From an uncultured bacterium (GTDB taxonomy: Bacteria > Chloroflexota > UBA5177 > JANWHV01): a DNA stretch of 64,000 nt. The notes under the pieces were generated by a model, which was not told the origin of the DNA, searched no databases, and saw nothing but the letters and a program-made list of their open reading frames with translations. Of this stretch, positions 38,383 to 48,603 are shown one piece after another (the stretch's first letter is position 1; each line of letters begins with the position of its first letter). The position numbers were made by a program, and so were the translations under genes. The DNA is taken from the NCBI GenBank assembly GCA_963827235.1, contig CAWHAE010000016.1, positions 768,001-832,000 of the forward strand, read 5' to 3'.

Positions 38383-39894
38383 AGGATGGGGATTTCCTTG
38401 CCTTGGATTGTTCTGGAGGGACCGATGCGGCACAGCAGTCCGATGGAACGGATCACCCTATGAAGGAAGGGAGTGCCGGAAATGCAGCACAGGCCTCCAG
38501 ACGGCCCGCCTCATCGTGACGACGGCCTGGAGAGTGCACATCGTGCGGCAGGGCAGGTCGACCGAGGACCGCCCACCCTGTCTCCCGCCCTGTCGTCGAG
38601 CGGCCTAGCTGATCCCCACAGTGTTAGCGACCGGCGCCGCCTCGCGACCCAAGGCAACTCATGCCGTGCGTCAAGCCTCAGGCATCGTCGCCCGATTAGC
38701 ACGATGAACATTATAGCATAAGCATTGCGTGTGTTTGTCAATCTCGGTTGTCAACACAGCAATGTACGATTGACGTTTCCTTTTCGACTCCGCTGAGTGC
38801 GCGACAGCCATCTATCCACAATTCATTCGATTGCCATACTGGTCACGGCTATTTCGGAATGTCAACGATATGCTCGTCCTCTGGGAGCGATCAGCCCACG
38901 CCAGAGAGCAGATCTATTCATAACCTCCGTGGCCTTGATTCAGGCCATATAGACGTACATCGCACCGAATTGCGGCATATCCGGCTAAACTCTGTTGGTC
39001 ATTGCCACCAAACTGCTTGCATTCTAGCGACTTGGTCCCTTACGATACGTATTGCAAGGACGCGGACTATGGCTGAGCCGATAGAATTGGTGGCACGTAC
39101 CGCAGATGCTGTGGTATTGGATCAGTTTGATCCGGCTTAGGCGGACATTTGGTCCCAGCGTTTAGCAGAAGAATCTACTTGAGATCGCAGCTCGTTCTCA
39201 ACAGCGAGCATGGTGCTCTACAACAGTCATCGCCGAAAGTCTCTCGCTTCGCGAATGGCGATTGTAGTCTGACGTCGTGATCCAGCGCTGGATCGCGGCA
39301 GTTGTACCATTGGGTTGTACGCCGGTCGTACCGCCCGAAGGTGAATCGTGCGTGGTTGCCGCGGGAGCCGAGCAGTCGGCACCGGCAGGAGCCGCGAGTT
39401 TCAGATTGAGCACAGCGCGGAAAGCTCACTAACCGGCCGTCGGCCGGTGTGGACAGGATCCATGCTCTCGAGCACCAGCTCGAATGGCTCCTGAACGCAG
39501 CTCTCTGCAGCAGATGTTGAACCTAGCGGAAGGGCCTAGTCTGCCTGACGAAGATGCCGACAGTGCCAAACGCGGAGCGTGCCGGTGCGGTTGGGCGGGC
39601 CCGAGTCGGGTCCGCATCAATGGTGATGCACGGGCAGATCACCTTCACGCAGTGGCAGTCAACAGACCGGAAAGGTAGGGACTACTCTATGCGCACCTGT
39701 ACGCGGTGAGCCCTTCTGATCGGTAGCCAGCGATAACGCCGTCCCTCACGGCGCCGAACACCCTGTTCGTTTACAGTCGCCATCCAGGCATCGACTGCGT
39801 GGAATAGCTCGTCGCGTTCCCGTGCAGTTGCCATTACGCGGAGCGGAGCAGCTTTGCTGCGTCCATTCAGCCCGCAACCTTGTTCCAGTGAGGA

Positions 39895-41457
39895 ATGGAC
39901 ATGCTCAAAATTCTGATGGTCATTTCCGAAGCGCCGCCCGTCGCAAGCGGAGTGGCGCGTGTTGCAGGTCATCTGCAAGATGGTATGGAAGCGCTGGGCC
40001 ATCGCATCGACGTGATCTCGCTGCGCGATGTGCCACGTTTCGTGAAAGGTGAGGTGCGGATTTCCAGCATGTTGTGGATGGCGCCTCGCCTCTTGCTGCG
40101 CCGCCTGAGCGAATACGATATCGTGCATATCCACGGCCCTGTGCCCACCTTCAGCGATATCGCGCTCCTGCTCAGCGCGGTTCGCGCCGGGCGTAACGGC
40201 CCGCGGGTCGTCTACACACACCATTGCGAGGTCGACTTGCAACAGCGAGGTTACAGAGCGCTCTGCACGACTTACAACTGGATGCACAAGCACATGGCGA
40301 AGCTGGCCGATCAAGTCATCGTCTCCACGCCAGCCTACGCCGCCGAGCTCGGCCGCTTCGTCGCCGACAAGCACATCGCCACCGTGCCCTGGGGCGTGGA
40401 GAGCGAATGGTACGAGGACGACACGCCCAAGGCCGATCGATTCACGGTCCTGTTCGTCGGGCAGCTCCGTCCCTATAAGGGAGTGGACACGCTCCTACAC
40501 GCCGCCGCCGTGCTGCCGGACGTCGACTTCCAGGTCATTGGATCCGGATTCCTCGAAGCAGATGTTCGGCGCATGGCCGAGGCTGGAGGGCTGACCAACC
40601 TGGCGTTGCGGGGAAGGGTGAGCGACGAGGAGCTGCGGGCAGCCTATGCGGCGTCGCATGTTCTGGTCCTACCGTCCACCTCGCGCCAGGAAGCATTTGG
40701 CCTGGTGCTGCTCGAGGGCATGGTTGCCGGTTGCATCCCGGTCGCATCGGCTTTGCCGGGCGTCGCCGATATCGTGGGAAACGCGGGCCTGTGCTTCCCG
40801 GTCGGTGACTTCGAGGCACTCGCGTCTATCCTGGGCCGGCTACGTGACGAGCCGCTGGCCCGCGAAGCCTACCGGCATCGGGCAAAGGAGCGGGCGCGCT
40901 CCTATTCATGGAGCCGCACTATCCAGGCGCATCGCTCCATCTACAGCCAGCTTGTTGCGCTGCAGCGATTCGGCAAGGCGCTGCGGACAGAGGACGGACA
41001 CGCCCAAGCGCTGCATGTGCTTCTAGAATCCGCGATAGACAACCTGGATGCGTCGGCGGGCTCCATCATGGTGCTCGAGCGGGACAACAGAGTGATGGAG
41101 CGGGACAACCTGGTGCTGCGGCTGCTGGCGACCAGTGGCCTGCCGACAAGTCTGCCCGGTAGGATTCGGCAGCCTCTGGGCCAGGGTATCGCCGGCTTCG
41201 TTGCCTCTCGCAGGATGCCGCTGCTGCTGCCGGAAGCGTTCGACAGCGACCTCACCCGTGATCTGGCACGCCACGATCGCCGTTCGCACATCCACTCAGC
41301 CATCTCCGTGCCGATTCATACCGAGGACGAGGTACTCGGCGTGATCAACCTCTCCAGCCATGTCGAGCAGCGGCGCTTCCAGGAAGCCGATCTGCAGTGG
41401 CTGAGCGGCGTGGCCCGCCACGCCGCGGATAGTCTGCGGAGGGCAATCCCGGCCTAG
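39895..41457 (+). CDS. GT4 glycosyltransferase fused to C-terminal GAF domain
   Basis: LFVGQLRPYKGV, VLPS..EAFGLVLLEGM; GAF part GSIMV..L..ATSGL..GQGIAGFVA..SAISVPI..VLGVINL..RF..DL. Confidence 0.9.
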   Translation: MDMLKILMVISEAPPVASGVARVAGHLQDGMEALGHRIDVISLRDVPRFVKGEVRISSMLWMAPRLLLRRLSEYDIVHIHGPVPTFSDIALLLSAVRAGRNGPRVVYTHHCEVDLQQRGYRALCTTYNWMHKHMAKLADQVIVSTPAYAAELGRFVADKHIATVPWGVESEWYEDDTPKADRFTVLFVGQLRPYKGVDTLLHAAAVLPDVDFQVIGSGFLEADVRRMAEAGGLTNLALRGRVSDEELRAAYAASHVLVLPSTSRQEAFGLVLLEGMVAGCIPVASALPGVADIVGNAGLCFPVGDFEALASILGRLRDEPLAREAYRHRAKERARSYSWSRTIQAHRSIYSQLVALQRFGKALRTEDGHAQALHVLLESAIDNLDASAGSIMVLERDNRVMERDNLVLRLLATSGLPTSLPGRIRQPLGQGIAGFVASRRMPLLLPEAFDSDLTRDLARHDRRSHIHSAISVPIHTEDEVLGVINLSSHVEQRRFQEADLQWLSGVARHAADSLRRAIPA

Positions 41458-43886
41458 TCGGCGGCGTCTATCCTGTACCCTTCAAGATCGCCGCCCAGCA
41501 CGGTGATTCGCGACTGACCGCGGCCGGCTTCGGTCCGAACCTGGGTGAAAAGTCCCCAGCCTGCCCCGCACGTGAAAAGCACACTAAAGCTGGCCTGGGT
41601 CATAGCCGGCCTGAAACACAGCAGCTTGCGTTCGGCGTCGCAGGTGAAGCCGGTCAAGGCCGGGAGTAATGCCCAGCTTGCCATGGATCGTGCATAGTGG
41701 TGTCCGCACTCCACCTCGTCCCAGGGATTTCGGCGGTAGCCGTCATAGCGCTCGCGCACTGCTGCCGCCACCTCGATGCCTTTGGCGGCCTCGCCCTCGT
41801 AGATGAGGTGCGAGGCTACCTGGTATTCGGTACCGGTCCACACTTCATCCGAGTAGACGAACGGCAGCCGCGGTTCTCCGCCCCGCGGCCAGCTGCAAAG
41901 GAGGAGGCCCGACTCGTCCGGCATAGCGAAGCTCCGCTGCAGATTGACGTGCATGCCGAGCGGGTGGCGGAAGTTGTATCGCCAGACGGACTCGATGGCG
42001 CTCCGCACGTGGTCTGCAGGCAGCAGGTGGCCGAGGCCCGCCACGTGGGCGAGCTGCTGGCCGAGGAGCTGGTCCGACAGGCAACCCTCACCGAACTGAT
42101 ACGGGTGAGAATCCACGTCGTCGAGGAGCTGCCGGTAGTACTCGCCGTTCCAGGTCAGCTCCTCCAGGCGGGCGGCACCGCGATTCGCCGCCTCACGGTA
42201 TCGAATTGCTGCTCCCTCGTCCTCCAGTCGTTCTGCAATGGCCGCCGCCGCTTTGAGCGCGCCGATCATCATGACGCCCGTCAACGGATTGGGACCGTAG
42301 AACTCAATGTCGTACGTATTGTGCTGCTGGCCATCGGGCACGCCGTCGCCATCCGTATCCCACGTTTCCATCGCGTACCGCAACGTCTTCTGCACGTTCG
42401 GCCAGAGCTCGCGAAGAAGAGAACGGTCGCCCGTCAACGTGAACGCTCGCCAGAGGCGAATCACCATGCCGAGCTGTCCGTCCGCGGCGGCGTGCGGAAC
42501 CGCGAAAAGGCTGCCGAACGGTCTCTCGGTCCGGAACCGCATCATGCCCGCATCGTCGACCTCGTCGAGGAATGCAGTGCGCAGCATGCTTATCTCGAGC
42601 GCGGGAAAGAGAAAGGCCAGTGTCTGCGCGTAGTTCCACACGTGCGTGCAATTGCCGTGGCAGGATCCGCCGCGGTCGAAACACCCCTCCCAGCCAAAGA
42701 AACTGCCGTTCGCCAACCAGAAGCAGGTGTTGCTGCGCAAGGTCGCCACGTTGCTGGAGAGCGCATCGAGAACGGCCTGAGGCAGGGTGCTCCCGAACAG
42801 GGCGCCGCGGAAGGCCAGCGTGGCGTGCTCGAGCCGCGCCAGGTGCTGCGCGGCATAACCGGCTACTGCCCAGGCGTCCGCAAAGCGCGCGGCATAGCGA
42901 ACGCGAGTGGTCGGAGGCACGCCGGGCGCAGCAGCGCTCCATCCATTGACGCGGTTTGGAAAGTGCCAGCAGAGTATGAACGTGGTCGTCCGGCTCTCGC
43001 CCGATGCCAGGCTGAGTGGCGTGCCCAGAGAGCCCGGATCGACGTTCGCGGCGCGAGGACCGATGGCCGTCCACTCCGCTCGCTCAGCCGGCGCGGACAG
43101 CATGCCGTCCGCTGCCAGGTCGCTCCAGAACTCGCGCAGGGCGTCGTACCATCCGCCCTGCTGCCAGGCGACCTTCGCCGTGGTCTCCGTCTCGATCGTG
43201 GCCAGGGCAGCGCTCCCAAAGGTTAGATCGGTTGAGCCGGCAGGGGGGCCTTCGAAGAAGACGCCGCGCAAACCTTCCGCCTCTCGCCACGAGTTGCGCG
43301 GATCGCCGTCCGGGTTGCTGCGAAGGTTGCCGAACTCGTCGACGCCGGCATAGCCCGCCGGGTTGAGCAGCGACGCCACGACGGTCGCCTGCACCGGCCG
43401 CGGACCGGGATTGGTCACTCGCCAGCGAAAGACGATGCACGGCAGTCCGGAATCGTCGGCCTCCAGAGGAACCAGCGGGGTGTAGGCTAGCAGGTCTACC
43501 TCGACCGGCACGTCGGGATCGCGGAGTGCAAGCTCTGCCACGGGATACTGTCCGCGGAAGCGGCTCCCAGCGAAACGGGGAAGACCGCCGCCATGATTCG
43601 GATGGATGCCGTGCGAAGCCGAATACGGCGGCGGAACCGGTCCCTCCAGCAGACGGGTAACGCTCTGCTCTCCCTCTTGCTGAGCCCAGACGGCGAAGTG
43701 CGTGTACGGCAGCACCAGGCCCTTACGCGGCTCGTTCCAGATCTCGAAGTCGCGCAGGTCTCCGCGCGCGCCAAGGGAGATGTTTCCCGTTCCTATGCCG
43801 CCCAGAGGAAACGCGACTTCGGTCGCAGAAGGGTCGAACCATCCTTCGTGGCCCAGCCAACTGTTGTCCGAGGTATGATGCGACAT
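41454..43886 (-). CDS. GH116 glycosidase (non-lysosomal glucosylceramidase family)
   Basis: FPLGGIGTG, FFGWEGC..C.GNCTHVWNYAQ, AADGQLG, QHNTYD, SDQLLGQ, EVWTG.EY, NPWDEVECGHHYARSM. Confidence 0.92.
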   Translation of the reverse strand: MSHHTSDNSWLGHEGWFDPSATEVAFPLGGIGTGNISLGARGDLRDFEIWNEPRKGLVLPYTHFAVWAQQEGEQSVTRLLEGPVPPPYSASHGIHPNHGGGLPRFAGSRFRGQYPVAELALRDPDVPVEVDLLAYTPLVPLEADDSGLPCIVFRWRVTNPGPRPVQATVVASLLNPAGYAGVDEFGNLRSNPDGDPRNSWREAEGLRGVFFEGPPAGSTDLTFGSAALATIETETTAKVAWQQGGWYDALREFWSDLAADGMLSAPAERAEWTAIGPRAANVDPGSLGTPLSLASGESRTTTFILCWHFPNRVNGWSAAAPGVPPTTRVRYAARFADAWAVAGYAAQHLARLEHATLAFRGALFGSTLPQAVLDALSSNVATLRSNTCFWLANGSFFGWEGCFDRGGSCHGNCTHVWNYAQTLAFLFPALEISMLRTAFLDEVDDAGMMRFRTERPFGSLFAVPHAAADGQLGMVIRLWRAFTLTGDRSLLRELWPNVQKTLRYAMETWDTDGDGVPDGQQHNTYDIEFYGPNPLTGVMMIGALKAAAAIAERLEDEGAAIRYREAANRGAARLEELTWNGEYYRQLLDDVDSHPYQFGEGCLSDQLLGQQLAHVAGLGHLLPADHVRSAIESVWRYNFRHPLGMHVNLQRSFAMPDESGLLLCSWPRGGEPRLPFVYSDEVWTGTEYQVASHLIYEGEAAKGIEVAAAVRERYDGYRRNPWDEVECGHHYARSMASWALLPALTGFTCDAERKLLCFRPAMTQASFSVLFTCGAGWGLFTQVRTEAGRGQSRITVLGGDLEGYRIDAAD

Positions 43887-43977
43887 AATCTCCCAACTTT
43901 CCACGCCACTGCCAACATCTTCCTGGATCATCCGCGCGCCCGGCCGCGGCGGAAAGCGGGCTCCATCTGCCCGCCCG

Positions 43978-46597
43978 TCAGTCGCAGTTGCCTGCCCGCG
44001 GCCTGACGTCGATGCTCAGAGCCTGGCCGGCGCTTACGGTAACCGGCACCTCGAAGACCAGGCGGCCGTCGGCCATTCCATAGGCCGGCGAGTCCGACGT
44101 TCCGGCGCGAACGGAGGCCGCCTCGCCGAAGAGACTATCTCCGTAGCTGCTCAGCGAGAGCGCTCCCTGCTCCACCTGCACCTCGATCCGGCTGCCGCTG
44201 CGCCGGTATACGCCCCAAGCGCAGTCCAGCGACCAGAAGCACGAGAATGCTTCACCCGCTGCCGGCGGTGCGAATCCGATGTGCCCCGCCACCATGTCGA
44301 ACTCGAAGCCGGAGAGGGCCGGGAGAAGGGAATAGCTGGCCATCGAGCGGGCGTAGTTGGAACCGCATTCGATCTCGTTCCACGGGTTCCGCTTCGCCCC
44401 GTCGTAGCGGTCGCGCACCGACCGCACCACCTCCAATCCCTCTCGAACCATGCCTTCCTGGATCATGTGCGCGGCGGCCTGGTACTCGTAGCCATGCATG
44501 GCCTCCTCGGCGTAGCAGAGCGGAATGGCAGGCTTGCCGGCGCCCTCGGGCCAGTCGCAGATGATGAGCGCTGACTCGTCATTCAGGGCAAACACGCGGC
44601 AGGGGTTGAAGAACTCCCGCATGCTCTTCTTGAAGTTATGCCGGTAGATCGCCGAGAGCGCGGACCTGACCTTGTGAGGATCGAAGATCTCGCCCAGGCC
44701 GCAGATATTCGCGTGCCACTGGGCGATCACCTGGTCGACATGACAACCGCCGGCGATCTGGTACTTGATCTCACCGTGTTCAGCGTCCCAGTATGCTTCC
44801 TCGACGCTGCCGTAGTGATCGTCGGCATCGCGGAACCGCTCGAGCATCTGCTTGTCCCTGAGGTCGATACGCTGCTGGTAGTACTCGCCGTTGAAGAGGT
44901 TGGCATCGACCCACTGCCTGCCCTTGTCGAAGAGCGTCCGATACTCAGCCGCCGTTGTCGCCTCGCCGAAATGCAGTGCAATCTCCGATGCCGCCTTGAG
45001 GGCGCCCAAGTAGAAGCCGGTGAGATACGAGTTCGGGCCAAACAGTTCGGTATCCAGGGTGTGGTGCTGGCGGCCCTGCAATACTCCGGTCTTCTCCGGA
45101 TCCCACTTGTCTTCGTTCGTGTTGCACCAAGCAAAATCAATCGATTTCTTGATGGCATCCCAGTTGCGGCGTAGCCAAGCGTCGTCGCCGCTCACTTTCC
45201 AATCGCGGTACGACTTGATCACGCCGCCGAACTGGCCATCGGCCGCGGCATGGTAGTCGGAGAATGGCCGGCCAAGGGGAAGCTGCAGGCGGAATCCCAT
45301 CTTGCCGTCGAAGCGCGTGTTGAACTTGTAGTCGAGATCGCGCATCGATCGCTCAAGCGTGGGAAAGAGAAACGGCAGGGCGTACGCGTAGTTCCACACG
45401 TGGGTGCAGGATCCCTCGCAGCTCCCCTCCGTGCTGTGACAGCCTTCAAACCCGTAGAAGGAGCCGTCCTCCAGACGGAGGACTGTCGGGGACTTCAGGA
45501 TAGAGAGGTTTGCCGACACCGCGTCGAGCACGGATACGGGAAGGGTAGATGAAAACAGGGCCGTCTTGAAGCGCAGGGTGTCCCGGTACAGTGTGTCCCA
45601 ATGCGTCAGGCCATATTCTGCGCTGCACGTCGAATCGGCGAACAGCGAGGCGTAGTAGTTCCGCCACGACGCGGAGCGGGATGGAGCGCCGGTGCTCTCG
45701 CCGGGCTCCGGGTTCCAGTAGTTCGTCACGTTCGGGAAGTTCCACGAGATCAGGAACCGCGCGATGCCCTTCTCGCCCGGCGCGAGCTCCAGACGGGCTG
45801 CCAGAACACAATGATCGTCATTCGGCTCGGAGTGCAGCCCTCTCGCGCTCGTACGTCCGGTTCTCGAACGGGCCGGGGGCGAGCAGGTCCCGCCAGTACA
45901 CCTGCAGATTGTCCCACCAGGCGCCGCGGTACCAGTACTGCTGGTAGCTGACGTCCTTGGCGTCCGTGGCAATGGTGACGTCGCCGAAGCCCAGGTCGCC
46001 CAATGAAAGCGCGGTGCTCGCGGATTTCAGCAGATGCACCGCACCCCGCTGCTCGAAGGTGCACACCGTCGCGGTAGACTGAGGGTTCTTCAACACTCCG
46101 CAGACGGTGTACACGACGGCGCTCGCCGACGTGTTCTCGACCTCGATCGAGAAGAACGCAGCCGGGATGCTCGAATCGGCATCGTTCAGTGGTATGAGGG
46201 GATTGAAGGCCGTAAGCCTCACTGAGCCCGGAAAGCGTTCTTCGCCGAAGCTCAGCGTGGCGAATGGGTATTCGCCCAGAAACTCAACCGTGCGGAAGTG
46301 AGGCACGCCGGCCAGCGAGGCACGGCGAGCGCCGAAGCCAAAGCCGGTGTACCTCTCGGTCGTCTCGCCCATATACGGGCCCGGATGGTCGCCCTGCAGC
46401 ACACGTGCATCGAGCACGCGACCGTCGCGCTCCGCCTTGACGGCGAAGTGCGAGAAGCCGTTCACGCTGCCTTTGTTCGGCCGGTTGAAGATCTCCCAGT
46501 CCAGCAGGCGCCCGTTGCCGGCCAGTCCGATACAGCCACTCCCGATCCCGCCAAGCGGGAAAGAGATCTCCTTTGTGCGCGTTCCGGTGTACAGCAC
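43978..46597 (-). CDS. GH116 glycosidase, split by one frameshift near 45840 (pseudogene or assembly indel)
   Basis: N-part 45818-46597 (ISFPLGGIGSG..WEIFNRPNKG) and C-part 43978-~45845 (FYGFEGC..CTHVWNYA, HHTLD, NPWNEIECGSNYARSM) in different frames. Confidence 0.85.
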
Positions 46598-46628
46598 TAC
46601 GGCCTCCTTGCAGAGTGAATGACCGGAC

Positions 46629-47510
46629 TCATCCTTTTAGGCCCGTCAGAGCGATGCCCTGAATGATGTACCGCTGCGCGAACAAATAGACGACGAGTAC
46701 CGGTATGACGGCCAGCGTCACGCCGGCCATGACTACCGACTGTCCCTGGCTATGGTCGCCCACCACGAAGGCAAGTCCGAGAGGAATGGTCATGTTGTGC
46801 ACGCTGCTGAGAAAGATTAGCGGCCGGAAGAACTCGTTCCAGAAGAAGTTGAATGTGAAGATGGCCAGCGTGGCCAGCGCCGATCCCGAAAGAGGTATGA
46901 AGACGGTCGTCAGAATTCGGAACGGACCGGCACCATCGACGCGCGCGGCCTCTTCCAGTTCGATGGGGATAGATAGGAAGAACTGGCGCAGCAGAAACGT
47001 GCCGAAGGCGCTGGTCAGCGAGGGCAGGATCAGCGAAGAGAGATTGTCGAGCAAGCCCAGATGCTTGATCAGGACGTACAGCGGGATGATCGTCACCTGA
47101 GCCGGCACGAATAGCGAGGAGAGATAGACGCCGAACAGCAATCCTCGGCCCGGGAAGTGCAGCCTGGCGAAAGCAAAGGCAGCGGACGAGCAGAACACGA
47201 GCTGGCCCACCGTGATCGTCCCGGCGACAATGAAGCTGTTGAGATAGAAGCTGCCAAAAGGTACGAGGCTCAGCAATGATTGGAAGTTGTCGGTGATGAT
47301 CGGAGATGGTATCCAGTCCGGTGGCTGGTCGAATACTTGCATTCCTTCCTTGAAGGCCGTGGACAACATCCAGAGGAAAGGAAGCAGCATGAACAATAGA
47401 GCGACGATGACGACGAGATGAACCAGCAGCTTGCTGGCCAGCAGACCGGGGTTGACATGCCGGGTCGGCTTCGGCGTAGGCTCAGCATGCTGGGGTGTTG
47501 CAGCAGCCAT
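46629..47510 (-). CDS. Carbohydrate ABC transporter permease (MalG-like)
   Basis: LRQFF.SIP.ELEEAARVDGA EAA motif; ends QGIALTGLKG. Confidence 0.93.
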   Translation of the reverse strand: MAAATPQHAEPTPKPTRHVNPGLLASKLLVHLVVIVALLFMLLPFLWMLSTAFKEGMQVFDQPPDWIPSPIITDNFQSLLSLVPFGSFYLNSFIVAGTITVGQLVFCSSAAFAFARLHFPGRGLLFGVYLSSLFVPAQVTIIPLYVLIKHLGLLDNLSSLILPSLTSAFGTFLLRQFFLSIPIELEEAARVDGAGPFRILTTVFIPLSGSALATLAIFTFNFFWNEFFRPLIFLSSVHNMTIPLGLAFVVGDHSQGQSVVMAGVTLAVIPVLVVYLFAQRYIIQGIALTGLKG

Positions 47511-47542
47511 GTTCGAGAAACCTTTCTGTTTTCTGCCAACCA

Positions 47543-48484
47543 CTAGCCGTAGAACACCCATCGATTGCTGAACTTGACCTGGACGAACGTGATCGCCCCA
47601 ATGATCACGAACAGCAGCATGGCAACCGTCGCGCCGTAGCCCAGGCGGAAGAACTGGAACGATGTGGAGTAAATGTAGTAGACCAGCGTGCGCGTGCTGT
47701 CTCCCGGGCCACCCTGCGTCATCACGTATGACAGATCGAAGAACTGGAAGCCGTCGATCAGTGCGATTACCAGCAGGAAGAACGTGGTCGGCGACAGCAT
47801 AGGCAGAGTGATGCGCAGAAACTGCTGCAGTCCGTTCGCCCCATCGATCTCGGCCGCCTCATAGTACTGCCTGCTGATGCCTTGCAGGCCGGCTGTAAAC
47901 ACCACGAAATCAAAGCCGACGTTGCGCCATACGTCCACCAGCACGAGCGAGCGCATCGACCATTCATTGCTATCCAGCCAGCCTATCTGCAGCCCGCCCA
48001 GCTTCTGCAGATAGAAATTGATCAGGCCGAAGTCGGTGCTCATCATCCAGCCCCAGATGGTCCCCGCGGCAACCGCCGAGATGATGACGGGGAAGAAGAC
48101 GACAGTGCGGAATGTGTAGCGGAGGGGCGCGATCACGAAACGGTCGGCCAGGACTGCCAGCACCAGGCCCAGTACGATCTTGAGCATCACGTCGGGTATG
48201 ACATAGCTGATCGTGTTCCAGAGCGTGGTGAGCACGAGCGAGTCGGTGAACAGAGTGTGGTAGTTCTGCCAGCCGACGAACTTGGCCGGCGAGAGGGCAT
48301 CCCATTGAAAGAAGGTCAGACCCGTCCCATAGAGGATCGGCCCTAACAGGAAGAGCAAGAAACTGAGAATCGTCGGCGCCAGCATGATGTACGCGGCGAC
48401 GCGATCGCTGCGAAACAGATCGTTCCGGCGCAGATTTCGCCGTGGAGCGCTCGCCGGATCCTGTGGCGCGGACTTCGTGAACAT
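47543..48484 (-). CDS. Carbohydrate ABC transporter permease (MalF-like)
   Basis: FVG.QNY, AGLQGI..YYEAAEIDGA, ITLPMLSPT, MTQGGP. Confidence 0.93.
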   Translation of the reverse strand: MFTKSAPQDPASAPRRNLRRNDLFRSDRVAAYIMLAPTILSFLLFLLGPILYGTGLTFFQWDALSPAKFVGWQNYHTLFTDSLVLTTLWNTISYVIPDVMLKIVLGLVLAVLADRFVIAPLRYTFRTVVFFPVIISAVAAGTIWGWMMSTDFGLINFYLQKLGGLQIGWLDSNEWSMRSLVLVDVWRNVGFDFVVFTAGLQGISRQYYEAAEIDGANGLQQFLRITLPMLSPTTFFLLVIALIDGFQFFDLSYVMTQGGPGDSTRTLVYYIYSTSFQFFRLGYGATVAMLLFVIIGAITFVQVKFSNRWVFYG

Positions 48485-48513
48485 ACGCTACCGGCCTTTC
48501 TCGGCTGTCATCC

Positions 48514-48567
48514 GCCGGCGCTGAAGGCCGATCCATGGCCGGCATGGATGTGCCTTCAGCGTCCGGC
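48514..48567. other. Intercistronic hairpin after the SBP gene (likely mRNA stabiliser)
   Basis: CGCTGAAGGC..ATCCATG/CATGGAT..GCCTTCAGCG inverted repeat between the SBP and permease genes. Confidence 0.5.
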
Positions 48568-48603
48568 GTGCGCAACAGACTGGGGAGGACAGGTACTGCC
48601 GCC

